Shown here: one piece after another, positions 1-13,587 of the stretch
Numbering within the stretch: the stretch's first letter is position 1
How the letters are laid out: each line of letters starts with the position of its first letter
Assembly (NCBI GenBank): GCA_951406725.2
Contig: OX597821.1
Location: 26,598,001-26,662,000 of the forward strand
Direction: 5' to 3'
DNA: 64,000 nt
Origin: Octopus vulgaris
Taxonomy: Eukaryota
Made by a program: the position numbers and the translations under genes
The notes under the pieces: model-generated
Told to the model about the DNA's origin: nothing
Databases searched by the model: none
Seen by the model: only the letters and a program-made list of their open reading frames with translations

Positions 1-45
1 AAATCCCGGACCTTATATAGTTATCCAACGGGGTTGATCTGTGTG

Positions 46-2915
46 TTATAGTAGAAGGCAGATAGCCTAAGTGCGACATTTGTGAGGCCACAAGCCACCT
101 CAGAACCCTCCGCCCCCAAAAAGACAGGAGGCACGAGGCCACTTCCACCATAAAAAAAAACCCTTCAATAACAGCAGCAACAGAGAAAATATGCCACACA
201 TGCAGCCTTATATTCAGGTGAAACGCAAAGATAATAGAGATAACTACCCACGGTGTCTCCCAAACCAGCACTTCCTCTCCCCTCCCTCAAGCACACACTT
301 ACACTGCGACGTTCACACAAATACAAACACACTCACATACTCAAAGACAAATCCCACAAACACTAGTTCCTCCAAATCCCGTAGCAAAGATGAGGAAGAA
401 CCACAAAAAGTAAAAAAGAAATGTACCTGGGCCTACACCAACACTAGAAAGCTCCAGTGAAAAGAACACAGGGACGTCTAAAACAACATCACCCCAACAG
501 TTTCGATCTAAAAAGAAAGCACACACGCTCTAAAAGGAAAGAACATACACCAGTCGACCACAGAAACTCCCAATTTCGTGCTGGTGACGAGAGCCAACAA
601 AAATTTGATGGTCCTCATAGCCAGAAATAAGGAAATTGAGAGAGGAGGTGCAATATATGATATCAGCACCCACAGGTGGTGGGAGGTCTGCCAGATTTCA
701 GACGTTTGGAGGTTTTCCTTGGGACGTTACGCGCTTTAATGCTAGTTGGCGATTGGAACGCCATCTTGGACGCACATCTAGATAGGGTGGGCTAGCCGAT
801 AGGAGAGTGGGGTGTAAAAACCTCACAAACCTGCTCAGTCGCTTTCAGTTGGCTGACATGTACTAACTGGGTTTCCCGAATGTGCTAATGTGGACATGGG
901 CAAACCGCATCGAGTCTTACAGCTCATAACTAGATAGAGTATTTTGTAGGCCTGTAGATAGAAACAGTATAAGTTGTCCACAGTTCAAACTTATCGTCTA
1001 CACGGACCGCAACTTTGTGATTTGTACGGTCGACATAGATAGAATACATTGACAGGGCCCCAGATACTGGAAACTGGACGCGTCCTTCTCGGCGCGCCAA
1101 GCTTTCAGAGATCAGGTTAGCAAGTTTGTCCATCTTTTGATATGGTCATTATTGCGTGTGCAATCGTCAACAACCAATGGTGGCTAAAAAGGATTCGCTT
1201 TTGATCAATTGTTCAATGCCAAGCACAAAACTTGCGTTATCAGAGTTAGGGTGAGTTCACCGAGACGGAAGGGTCCGAAAGAAGTTCGATGGGCCCCCGG
1301 ATAGCAGAAGCGCTACGTAGAAACGAAGCCACAATTCTAGGATGCGGTAGTTTTGTGTCGGCCAATGCGGACGACGTAACCATAATAGTGTCGGATATCT
1401 AAGAAATCTAGGTGGTCGGCACTGCTCTAAGGGAGTACGAATCGGGGACCGAAGCAAAGGTTAACCAGGAGGAGTCGGTGGGGCTATAGCTAGGTACCCG
1501 GAGAAGCAGATGCATGCCAACCTATAGCATCGTAGGGCACTGGACGGAAGGCCCAGCTGAATTACTTGGGGTCTGCCTTGGTGGACAAGGACTGGGTAGA
1601 GGGGACGAGAGGGGTTGCCAGCCTCACCCAGAAATGGTCAGAGAGGAAGTTGTCCGTGAGGGGCCGGGTGGAGGTGCTGATGCGTAAATCGCTTCCGTCA
1701 TCTACAACTGCTTGACTGCCATCTCTTGCCCTGCTTCGTGGCTGATCAAGCTGGAGAGCTTCCTCTTCCGCTTTCTGTGGATGGAACGCGTTCCCCTCGT
1801 CAAACGGGCATGCGGTGGATAATGATGCGTAGACATGCGCTGAGGCTGCGACATCTCCAGCTATTCCTCAACAGTGAGTAGGTGTGGTCGCCGTTTGTCA
1901 GACGGGATTTTCCACAGTTCGTCTCTTTGACGGAGCTGCAGACCTGGATCAAAAGTAGACCGAGAAAGAGAGCTTGGGACCTGGAAGTGTTGACAAACGC
2001 TCATAGTCCTCTGCCAGTCGGAAAATGTGGTCGGTGAAAGCTCTGCATTGGAATTCTATATAAATTAGTGGCGGGTACGAGCGACGACGTCCTCGGTGAA
2101 ACTCTAGGTATCGGAAGAGATCGACAGACTGGTCTTTTCTGGAAGACTTTTGGGCCGGGGCCTATGAACAATTTCCAGAAATACCTGGCCTGGCAGTGTT
2201 ACCGGGGAGGGGGGTGCTCTGCCGGCTCTAGGCAAACTTGACAGGTACCGAAGTGCCGCCAGTCGGAACTGTTCCAATTGTGTGCGGGGCGTTGAAACCG
2301 TTCTGCATGCACTCTTTCAACGTACGGGCATTGCAGACTTGTGAAGCATTGTTGAATAGCAATTTACGCCGTTAGGATCGATCCGGCTATCTGCCGAGTC
2401 CATCATGAGGATCGCCACGCTGCCTTCTTTTGGCCGGGTGGGGAAAGACTGTTTTCCTCAGTCTCGTGGCTATAGGGAAAGAGGTAGTGTGGTGGACGAG
2501 GCTCAAAGGACTGAAGATAGATTTGTCCTCTTCAGTCAAGCGCTCATCGAATTTTTCAAGTTCCACTTGAAAAGGAAAGTGACAGCGGAGGACTAAATAC
2601 TGCCCCCTCACCAGTAATTTTGTTGAAAGGTGGGTGAATGTGACGGAAATGGCCCGTGTGGATGGGCTTACTTTGAACATTCGCTTGTAGGCCGGAGTGG
2701 TTGAGAGAAAGTGGGGTGCCTATTTGAGGTACTCTTGGCGGTTGGGGTGGCCAAGATGTGTGGAGCGCCTTGGATGACCATGGGTGGAACTCCCCCTATT
2801 GAGGATTTTAGTTGTTATTTTGTTAATTGTCATTGTTATTTTATTGTTTACTCGATTTTTGTGTTAAACTCCACGTTTCCCTCGTTGTGTATTGTATTTA
2901 AGTTCGGTCCCTGTG
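46..2915 (+). mobile_element. Decayed Tx1/L1-clade LINE (gag zinc-knuckle relic, APE, RT C-terminus, C-terminal zinc finger)
   Basis: Broken frames give IVEGR*PKCDICEATSH (about 46-100), MLVGDWNAILDAHLDR (about 739), LDRVF, YWKL, KWSERKLSVRGRVEV (about 1632) and ETVLHALFQ (about 2294). Many stops and frameshifts; ends next to (TAT)n. Confidence 0.75.
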
Positions 2916-2929
2916 GCCAATACAGATAC

Positions 2930-2949
2930 GATTATTATTATTATTATTA

Positions 2950-3001
<52 letters not shown>
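2930..3001. repeat. (TAT)n microsatellite, tail/target of the adjacent R4/Dong 3' end
   Basis: Seen directly. Confidence 0.95.
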
Positions 3002-3452
3002 GGCCTTTGCACAGCTTCTGTACTACAGTGTCAGCTGTTCACTACCAGTGAACTAAGGTAACACCTCTTATTTTTCGAACACCTTCCGGGATATTCGAGC
3101 TATTCCGAGGCAATGCTGTTTTTTGCAAGTGCGCCACCCTTATTGCAGCCCCTATTTGTTCCACGTACTTCCCGAGATTTTTGCTCACTGTTCCAAGGAA
3201 TCCGACAATTTTTGGCACTACTGCTACCACAACTGCTTAACTTTCCAAGCTAACCTGTCATATCTATCGATATTTCTTTCTTCCTTATCGCATACCTTGT
3301 TGTCAGTTGGGCATGCTATATCTATGATCCAGCATAGTTTGTTTTCTTTCTCAATTAAGACTATGTCTGGCTTCCCATTCCCTATCTCATGGTCGCACTA
3401 AATCATAAAATCCCGTAGGATCTTTGCATTTCTATTTTCGACGATGCCTTCG
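3002..3452 (-). mobile_element. 3' fragment of R4/Dong-like LINE (restriction-like endonuclease region)
   Basis: ORF 3042..3230 (GTVSKNLGKYVEQIGAAIRVAHLQKTAL). Reverse complement matches about 38340-38795. Confidence 0.85.
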
Positions 3453-3499
3453 GGTAAATTATTATTCCTTCGTAGCAGTATAAGTAAAAATGCACCGGA

Positions 3500-4600
3500 G
3501 TCTTTAGTCATGTGTCGAGTTACAACAAAGACCTCAGACAGATAATACTTTCCTTAAGATGTGCGTTGTTCCCAATAAGGTTGCTTTTTGCAAGACATCA
3601 ATACTGGCAATCATTTTCTTACTTTTTTACTCATTACTTCCTGCAACTCATCTAAAATCCTCTGATCTTCCTCACTTAAATCACTAGAGTCACTGGTGCC
3701 AGTTGTCCCTTCCTTATTGGAAGTGCTATTATTATTTTTTCCTTTAGATTCTTCTTTCGGTTGCGCTGTATCTCTTGTGTTATTTGTCTTTCCTTCTAGA
3801 TGGTTTTTCTTTTGCAGTTCTCTTGTGATCTCTTCCACCTCCAATTCTGTTATCCACTTTCTTTTCCTAACAGCGTTGATCTACTAATCTCTTCTCAGTC
3901 GCTTTGTACATAACTTTCTCTGCTCAATCTGTTAACGTCCTTTTTCTATAGCCCTTTCTTTTATGTCCACTTTCTAAGTAGCTCTGAATCACTATCCTGT
4001 TTTCTTCGCTGGTTTACTTCCTCCGCCTTACTCTATTATCTGCTGATGTTGTGTGAGGATAACAGCTATGGTCAGTCTGCCTCTTTACTGAACCACTGGA
4101 AGCACTCCGTCGGTTACGACGACGAGGGTTCCGGTGATCCGAATCAACGGAACAGCCTGCTCGTGAAATTAACGTGTAAGTGGCTGAGTACTCCACAGAC
4201 ACGTGTACCCTTAACGTAGTTCTTGGGGATATTCAGCGTGACACAGAGAGTGACAAGGCCGGCCCTTTGAAATACAGGTACAACAGAAACAGGAAGTAAG
4301 AGTGAGAGAAAGTTGTGGTGAAAGAGTACAGCAGGGATCACCACCATCCCCTGCCGGAGCCTCGTGGAACTTTAGGTGTTTTCGCTCAATAAACACTCAC
4401 AACGCCCGGTCTGGGAATCGAAACCGCGATCCTATGACCGCGAGTCCGCTGCCCTAACCACTGGGCCATTGCGCCTCCACACTGAACCACTACCGAATGA
4501 GAGACCAACTTAAGGTCCAACTTCATTTTCGCTGTTACAATCAGAGTTTCTACGGAAACTCCTGTCTCTCATAAACTGATGTAAGGTAATGTTAGTCACC
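3500..4600 (-). mobile_element. Internally deleted R4/Dong-like LINE relic, interrupted by a SINE
   Basis: Minus strand gives NAVRKRKWITELEVEEI (N-terminal region, compare about 35930) close to LQKATLLGTTHILRKVL (C-terminus). Confidence 0.6.
4098..4480 (-). mobile_element. tRNA-derived SINE with 11-bp TSD
   Basis: Head GTGGAGGCGCAATGGCCCAGTGGTTAGG with B-box-like GTTTCGATTCC. TSD ACTGAACCACT at 4087-4097 and 4481-4491. Same family at 22443. Confidence 0.9.
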
Positions 4601-5282
4601 AACATCATCACCACTATTATTTTCGACGTCTGATAGTTTCAAGTAACTTTCTATTTCATCTTTTGTTGCACCTTTATGCTTTTGAGGTTGTTGCTGTATT
4701 TTATTTGGAATATTGTATTGCATCACTATGTTTTGTTATGGAGTTTGGTTTGAGTATTCTATTGTATTAGTTTTTGTATTGTGTGTTGTTTGTGCAGCAC
4801 AGGTTGTGTTCTTCTTTTGGTTATTGGACTTCGATAGTATATGTTGTGGGTTTTGTTCATTTTGTTGAGTATTTACTGTATGAGTTTATTCCTGTTTGAT
4901 TTTGGAGGAATGTTGCATAGCAGCGTGTGTAAATCACAAATCAAACATTTCTTAGTATTCCTGGTTATCTGTCGATCGTTCTTTTTTGAGGGGTTGGTTT
5001 TGTTATTGATCCGTCTTTACAACATTTAGTTTTTGACAGAACACGGCCCATGGACAAGTGTTGATATTTCTCTCGTATTTGTAATTATTATTGATGTTTA
5101 AGCGAGAGACCGAGAATAAATAACAATGTGCATATATATAGAGGTCTTGTATAAATATGGATGTATATATAATTAAAATTTAAAATTTTACTCGCAGGCT
5201 TGCAGTTTTCGTATATAAATATTGCAGTCCACGTGTTTACATCTTCATGCACGTGATGCTGTCGCGGCGCAACTGATGGAAG

Positions 5283-5314
<32 letters not shown>

Positions 5315-5320
<6 letters not shown>

Positions 5321-5752
5321 TAATAAATAAAATATATGCATACATGCAAACATATATGTACATACCTACATCTACATGTATATATACATGCATATATAAA
5401 TATATATACGTGAGTACAGGACAGCACAACTAGACGTAGAACTCAACGAGAAACGAAAACAGAAAAAAAACCCATTTTTTTACATCAGAAAAACAGAGAC
5501 GTGGAACTCAACGCTAGAGTCGAACTAGTGACAGCTGATGAAGGGGATTTTTCCTTGTGTAGTATGTCCTGTACTCTGTTTTTCTGTTTTAAAAAAATGG
5601 TTTTTCCGTTTTCGTTTCTCGTTGAGTTCTACGTCTAGTTGTGGTGTCCTGTACTCACGTATATATATTTATATATGCATGTATATATACATGTAGATGT
5701 AGGTACGTACATATATGTTTGTATGTATGCATATATTTTATTTATTACACTA
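5315..5752. repeat. About 165-bp inverted repeat (foldback) beside (TA)n; probable Penelope pLTR-type relic
   Basis: 5315-5480 is the near-perfect reverse complement of 5590-5752. The family assignment is inference. Confidence 0.85.
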
Positions 5753-5825
5753 TTGTTTGACAGCGCCCTCGCGTCGGTTCGATTCGATTCGTTCGCTTCG
5801 TTCCGTTCTTATTCTCCCAGTACTG

Positions 5826-5874
<49 letters not shown>

Positions 5875-6042
5875 CTCCATATAAGGAAAATCATTCAGTT
5901 TCCTGAGATGGCTTACCTTAAAACATAGTTTTCTTTCATTGTTTTTGCAGATACTTAATTTCTGCTTCGTGATGGTTTCAGATTTGATCTATCTATCTTC
6001 CCGGCAGCTCGCCTGCACACGTTCATGGTGCTTGCTATTCGC

Positions 6043-6648
<606 letters not shown>

Positions 6649-6828
6649 TTATTATTATCATTCTTCTTCTTCTTCTTCTTATTATTATTATTTCTATTTA
6701 TCACAGGTTTTGTTTGAGCTCCTGGATTCTTACATGCATAGCGGGCTTTTATCTGCAGCCTGCAGTACCATGCTATTCTTTTCAGCTATCTAATAATTTC
6801 CTGACATTATTATTATTGTTATTATTAC

Positions 6829-6903
<75 letters not shown>

Positions 6904-6949
6904 AAGTAGTAGTAGAAGTAGTAGTAGTAGTAATGTATAACCAGTAAAT

Positions 6950-7475
6950 CCTGGTTCAAAGAAACAAATTTTTAATCATAGTCCTGTACGTTATTCCGAA
7001 TGGCCGTTCTCTATCTTCCTCTTACTGGCAAATGCGAATGCTCTTTATATCAACGTTATTTGCATTCACTCCCTCATAGAAAAAGAAGGAAAAAAATCAT
7101 AGATCAAGCCTTTCCGGGGCTTTGCGAATCCTTTGTGATCGACACAGCTTAAGGGATTCTTCTTTTTGTTCTTGACGGTTATCTCTTGGCGGAGGAGAAA
7201 TTTCAGTTGGCTCTCTGTCTGGCTCTTGAGGGACAAATGTTTGGGTTAGGTTATCACTTTGGTTAAGCTTCCTTGGTGATGCCAATTGTTTTGTGGATAC
7301 CGTGGTTTCGCAATTTTCTGGGTAACGGACGTGAGCGTATTGGGGTTTGGCTTCGATTAAATCAACTTGGTCCACGATAGGGTTATACTCATTAGTGCGA
7401 TTGTTCCTTTGAACAAGCGCAGGTCCTGGGTTAAGAAGCCATGTTGGCACAGACGTTCCTGTTGCTGAGCATCTA
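6950..7475 (-). mobile_element. Gypsy LTR retrotransposon 3' fragment (integrase C-terminus, PPT, start of LTR)
   Basis: ORF 7097..7450 (PTWLLNPGP...PQYAHVRYP...ETTVS...RSQRIRKAP). Purine tract GAGGGAGTGAA followed by TG at about 7064. Confidence 0.7.
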
Positions 7476-7730
7476 TCTCAACATATTGACTTCGGAAAGA
7501 TGAAAAGTAAAAGTAATGAAGAATTTATTAGTTCACTTGTGCTATAATTAATGTTTCTTGCCAATTGTCAGAGATTCAACGTTCCAAAATAAACACAGCA
7601 ACCAGTGTTGGTGTGTGTTTATGTCACTGTAACTAGTGGTTCAGCAAAAGAGACCTGTTGAATAACCATCCGGTCAAAAATATAATCATTGGGGTTAACT
7701 TTGTATACTGGTAGAATGTGTTTATAAAAC

Positions 7731-8060
7731 ATCTTTTTCTCTTGGCTTTATTGAGAAAATTCTATAGTTTGTAAGATATTTGTTGTTTTTTTTCTTCAAT
7801 TTCTGCAATTTCAACCAATCAAATACGTCTTTTGAGGTGAAAACATTCTGTGCTGTATGAATATGTCCCTCGTTTAAGAAACAGATTGGGTTTATTTACA
7901 TTTCTGAAGAAAAAAGATACCCTTCCCCCCACCCCTAACCCTAACTAACCCTAACCCTAAAACAGATAGAAATGCAATAGATCGATACTAGGGTCATAAT
8001 TATGGGTGACAATTTCATATGACACCGCTAGAAAAATCTGCCGTTCAAACCGAAAAGATT
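7731..8060. mobile_element. Truncated copy of the TAACCC-containing MITE
   Basis: Near-identical to 13650-13968, including the right TIR CTGCCGTTCAAACCGAAAAGAT. Confidence 0.85.
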
Positions 8061-8753
8061 CAATAGTCATACCTGCAAAGCTTTTTGACTATTATTAATG
8101 CAGTTGATAAGAATCTACATGGAAGAGGATGACCGTTACAACGCAGACATACAGCATTCGTCTTTATTGTATTGTAAAACAAAGTCTATTGCATTCAGTA
8201 AAACGATAAAATACACATATACTGAACGACGACCACGATTTAGGTACGAAACAATTTACGAGACAATTAAACGAGTGTATTCAGAACAACAACAGTTACG
8301 ATCACCACAGCAAATGGAATTCCATCGTGAGCAGTAACAACATACATCTCACTTGGGCAAGCATTCAAGAGCATTATAGTAGTGCGAAAGAAGCTTACAA
8401 AACGTTTATACAGATACTAGAAGGCATTCGCACACAAAACCCAAGTGCTTGTTTCATGCAGGGGCGCCTGCCCTGAGAGTGAAATATAATTTTGAAGGAA
8501 AGTAGTCTCCTTCATTTGCCGTTAATCGACAATAAATATATTTTGTTTGATATATTAAATAAATTGATTTTCTAGAAATTTAGCATCTTATGTAAATATC
8601 TAAAATCTTTATCACAAACTATTTCACCGCATTTAATATTCGTAACGACCTTATGAAACCAAATGAGGTTTTGTTCATTTACTGCATTTCATCTGTTTAA
8701 TGAACCAGTGAGAAACTAGTACGTCTTATTTATGCATTGCCTACATAAGAAAA

Positions 8754-8993
8754 GTGGAGGCGCGTGGCTTAGTGGTTAGGAAGTCAGCATCATGATCGTA
8801 AGATTGTGGTTTCAATTCCTGGAACGGGCGACGCGTTGTGTTCTTGAACAAAACACATCATTTCACGTTGCTCCAGTCCACTCAGCTGGCAAAAATGAGT
8901 AACTCTGCGATGGTCTAACGTCCCGTCCAGCTTGGGAACACATACATCATGGAAACCGGGCCCATGAGCCTGGCTACGCTTTAAAAAGGGCAC
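8754..8993 (+). mobile_element. tRNA-derived SINE
   Basis: GTGGAGGCGCGTGGCTTAGTGGTTAGG head with B-box-like GTTTCAATTCC. Body shared with the 28184 copy. Confidence 0.85.
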
Positions 8994-9948
8994 ATTTATT
9001 TTTTTATTATATAGGAAAAACTCAGTTATTTATTTATTTATTTATTTATTTATACTTCATCAATTGACATCAAATAAAGAATAGATGCTGTCAGAGTCTG
9101 TCGTTGACTAGTTTTTCTTCAGATAATCTAAATACAGAGTATGTTTTAGTTAAACGATTCACTGGTTTTCTATATCTCGGTTCTTCACCACGTATTATCT
9201 TTTACCTCATAAAAGTTTCCCGTATAACTTGAAATTATTTTTTTTACAGAACACTACTTTTACAATATATTTAACTCACATTTTGTTTCATTTTGCAAAT
9301 ACTAATTATTGTCGTCATTAAATTTGCACTTTTACAAAGTTTTGGAAACAAAACGTGCTATTTGACAGTATGACATTATTGGGTCATCGTTCCGCTTTGG
9401 TCGGTAGTGGCCTATTTTGAAGCGTCATATAAAAGATAACTCATATAATTTGTTGCTGTTGCCCGTTTTCTGCTTTGGTGTCGTCGAATTTCGATTTTAC
9501 GGCTTTTTTCCTGATAAGACATCCGAAATCTTCTATGAGTTTTAACTTACTATCACTACAATGAATCAAAGTACGCCAAAGTTTATTTAGGTGAAAGGTT
9601 AATGCTAACTCCTTTCAAATGCAAAGATTCGGTTAAATGTTTTCACACTTTGAAACCCAACTTCAAGACATGCGAAATATCGTAAAAAAAAAAATACATG
9701 TTTCTTCTACAGTATCCGTATATTTCAATTAGAAATAGCGCTGACTCAATTCAGATGCGGCAAACAGTCAGAACAGGCAGACGTGCATAGAGCACCGCTA
9801 GCTCACACTAAACTTCCTCGTACCTTAACACTGTTAATAACATATAATATTTCACAGCTGCAGTTTACAGTGATGAACACACACACACACACACACACAC
9901 ACGCATCTCGACAATGAGTCAAAGTACACTAAAGTTCCCCTAACTCAT

Positions 9949-10710
9949 ATATTGGGCCATCCCATAAATAATGAAATTTTTTTATATTACTTTTCAGAAT
10001 TAAGATAAAGTTCTTTTTTAATCTAAATGATACTCTTCTTCATTTTCTACAATGCTCTTCCATCTATCTGGTAGACTTTTAAGGCTCCTCTTCCAAAATC
10101 CCCTTGTCCGTGACGAAAAATACTGCCCCAGTTCTGTTCTGACCTCGTCTAGAGAATTCATATTTTTTTCCGTCCAAATGATTTTGAAGACTGCGACATA
10201 ACAGATTATCGGACGGGGCAATGTCCGGCGAATATGGTGGGTGGGCAGGGGAAGGTTCATTCGTGAGACGTGACAGCAACGAAGAGCACACATTCACACT
10301 CTGCACGCGATTAGACTCGGAAAGTTTGTGAGGAACCCATTGACCCAAATTTCTGACTTTTCCGATGGCACGCAGGAGTTAATGAATGGTTGAATGACCT
10401 AATCGAAGCTTCTCTACTAGTTCCACAACACTTACAGTGGGATTTTGTTTCACCTGGGTTTGCAGGACGTCCTCGTCGAGCTCTACAGATCTTCCAGGAC
10501 GAGGCTCATCTTCTAGGCTGTAATTTCAAGCTCGGAATTTCTGGAACCACCGTTCACACTGGCTTACGCTTATTGTCCGATTCCCATATACTGTATTAAT
10601 ATCCATCGCACTTTCCGTTGTGTTGTTGCCATTATTGAACGCATAAAGCAAAATATGCCGAATATGCTTCTTTGTCACTGCCATTAAAGTTTTGAAAAAA
10701 TAACTGTTAA
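9949..10710 (-). mobile_element. Decayed mariner transposon
   Basis: Fragments HIRHILLYAF...CERWFQKFR, GQWVPHKLSE, HPPYSPDIAPSD and LPDRWKSIVENEEEY. TIR-like end TATTGGGCCATCCCATAAATAATG. Confidence 0.85.
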
Positions 10711-10844
10711 TACATACATACATGCATATATACAAACACGAGGCGTTTGAATATCTGGAGCACTTCAAAGTGAAGCCTATACATTGGAAAAAATATTTTT
10801 CCTTATACTCGCCGAAATTGCGAGGATGACCCGGTTCTTGACTG

Positions 10845-10967
10845 AAGATAAAAGGCTTCGAGTGACCCGTCCTTGTTTTTTTGTATCGTCTATCTGGATG
10901 TTTTGTTGTCCCTTTTTGCATCACTTAGTTGTCCGGATGTTTTGCATTCTTGTCCCATTTTGTATCT

Positions 10968-10972
<5 letters not shown>
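10845..10972 (+). repeat. Dispersed (TA)n-abutting repeat, inverted copy at about 47360-47494
   Basis: About 130 bp reverse-complement match; both copies end at (TA)n. Confidence 0.8.
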
Positions 10973-11032
<60 letters not shown>

Positions 11033-11264
11033 TGTCGATCAACGAGAATGCGTGCTCAACATCACATTGGTGGATAGAAATTTTTTATTTGTCTATTAAG
11101 GCTACCATTTTTTTCACGTTAATAAAAATATCTTAATACTTAAGAATTTTTCAAGCCGATCACGTAGAAGAATGGTGTTCGTCTCCATATTAAATGTCTT
11201 GGGAGTTCACAAAAAGGCTCGTAAAGAGAACAAGAAATCACTACTCTAGGATGACACGTTTTAA

Positions 11265-11810
11265 GTCTGTGTATATGTGTGTGTGTATGAAACTATTTTG
11301 TGTGTATCAATGGTTATGAGCACGTGTATGTGTGTGAGGATATCTGACTCGTATGTGTGTATTCTGTCTGTATGTGAGTGTATACGCGTGTATATGTGTG
11401 AGGTTGCCATAATTGTGTGTATGTGTGTGTATGAATGTGTGTATGCCTGTTAAGCTATTTTGTGTGTATACGTGAGTATGAGCACGTGTATGTGTGTAAG
11501 GATAGCTGACTTCTGTGTGTATGTATACTGTTTGCATTTATGTGCGTATACGTATGTATGAACATGTGTATGTGTGTGAGGTTGCCATACTTGTGTGTAT
11601 GTGTATGTGTATGAATGTGTGTATGCCTGTTAAGCTATTGTGTGTGTATACGTGAGTATGAGCACGTGTATGTGTGTAAGGATATCTGCCTTCTGTGTGT
11701 GTGTGTGTATGTGTATACTGTTTGTATTTATGTGCGTATACGTATGTATGAACATGTGTATGTGTGTGAGGCTGCCTTACTTGTGTGTGTATGAATGTGC
11801 TAAGTGTGTC
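11265..11810. repeat. About 180-bp GT-rich minisatellite, about 3 copies
   Basis: The motif AAGCTATT..GTGTGTATACGTGAGTATGAGCACG recurs at 11452 and 11632, with a diverged copy at about 11290. Confidence 0.85.
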
Positions 11811-12198
11811 GTACTGCATAGAGGTGTTAGGTGGAGCGGTGGTGACAAAAGTGGTAGGTGTTGGAATGCGTAAGTATTTGAGTACATACTTACTCCTTTA
11901 AATGTGAAGATGGATATGGAAGTGTGGGTGTTGTGAGTGTGTGGGGTAGGGAAGAAGGGTTGTATGGGTGCTTGTGGGTTTACGTATAGACTGTCTGAAC
12001 CTAAATGGTGAGTGGGTGTGTGAGGTTTATATATATGCTGTCCGAAAATGGTGAAAATAGTGTGTGCATGTAAGGGGAGTGTTTGGTTATATGTATATTC
12101 TGTGTGTGTGTGTGTGTGAGTTGGTATGTATGAATATGCTGTCGGAACTTAAATGGGGTGTGTATATGGATGTATGTATATGCTGTCTGAACGTGAAT

Positions 12199-12234
<36 letters not shown>

Positions 12235-12389
12235 GTATATTTAGTTAAATACTCGAGCTCAGAACTTATCTATTTTTAAGCCTGATACTTATTCTATCGG
12301 TGTCTTTTTGTCTTTTAAGTTTCAGGGACGCAAACATACCAACACCTGTTGTCAAGTGTTGGTGAGATACAAAGATACACACAGACAGT

Positions 12390-12436
<47 letters not shown>

Positions 12437-12752
12437 CATACACTGTGGCTTCTTTCAGTTTCCTTCCACTAAATCCACTCACAAGGCTTTAGTCGGTCCG
12501 AAGTTGTAGTAGAAAATACTTGCGCACGAGCCATGCAATGGGAGTGAACCCCTAACCATATGGGGTTACACATACACACATATAGATACATACACATGGT
12601 TGCCCTATATAGTTCGGGGTCAACATCTACTTTTTCACGTCCAGTTCTATGTTTTCTCTCTAATCCAATTCTCGATAGAATTAAATGCATTTAAGTTCAT
12701 TAGCAAGAACAATAACCCTACAATATTCATATTTCCTTATTGTCCACAATTG

Positions 12753-13327
12753 ACTAAACACAGAGGGGACAAACAAGGACAGACAAAGGGATTAAGTTGA
12801 TTACATCAACCCCAGTGCGTAACTGGTACTTAATTTATCGACCCCGAAAGGATGAAATGCAAAGTTGACCTCGGCGGAATTTGAACTCAGAACGTAACGA
12901 CAGACGAAATACCTATTTCTTTACTGCCCACAAGGGGCTAAACACAGAGGGGGCAAACAAGGACAGACAAAGGGATTAAGTCGATTACATCGACCCCAGT
13001 GCGTAATTGGTACTTAATTTATCGACCCCGAAAGGATAAAAGGCAAAGTCGACCTCGGCGGAATTTGAACTCAGAACGTAACGACAGACGAAATACCTAT
13101 TTCTTTACTACCCACAAGGGGCTAAGCACAGAGGGGACAAACAAGGACAGACAAAGAGATTAAGTCGATTAATTCGACCCCAGTGCGTAATTGGTACTTA
13201 ATTTATCGACGCCGGAAGGATGAAAGGCAAAGTCGACCTCGGCGGAATTTGAACTCAGAACGTAACGACAGACAAAATACCGCTATTTCGCCCGGCGTGC
13301 TAACGATTCTGCTAGCTCGCCGCCTTA
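12753..13327 (-). mobile_element. Nin-domain-type SINE concatemer (one head, three tandem bodies of about 180 bp)
   Basis: Core GACTTTGCCTTTCATCCTTTCGGGGTCGATAAATTAAGTACC repeated three times. Head AAGGCGGCGAGCT at the right end. Confidence 0.85.
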
Positions 13328-13587
13328 AACTCTACAATATTTTGACACCATATTAGAAACGTGGCTACAAATTGAGAAAAATACGATAAATTATGCTAGT
13401 TTAAAAATAGAGAGTAATATATCGAGGCAACTTCTAGGCAGCGTAGATTCCTTATTTCTGTATTATTTTTGTTTTAGTTGCACTTAAATAAAAGAGCTAA
13501 ATTAGATACATACGTGGTTGTGTAGTTTGCTTCCCAGCCATGTAGTCTCATGTTCAATCCCGCTGCGTTGTACTTTGCACAAATGTC

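Noticed and set aside
5520-5570. CTGATGA in the loop of the 5315-5752 foldback
   Set aside because: A short stem follows, but GAAA and the cleavage triplet are missing.
7932-7959. Telomere or chromosome-fusion scar
   Set aside because: Only 2-3 units, lying inside a dispersed MITE that is present twice.
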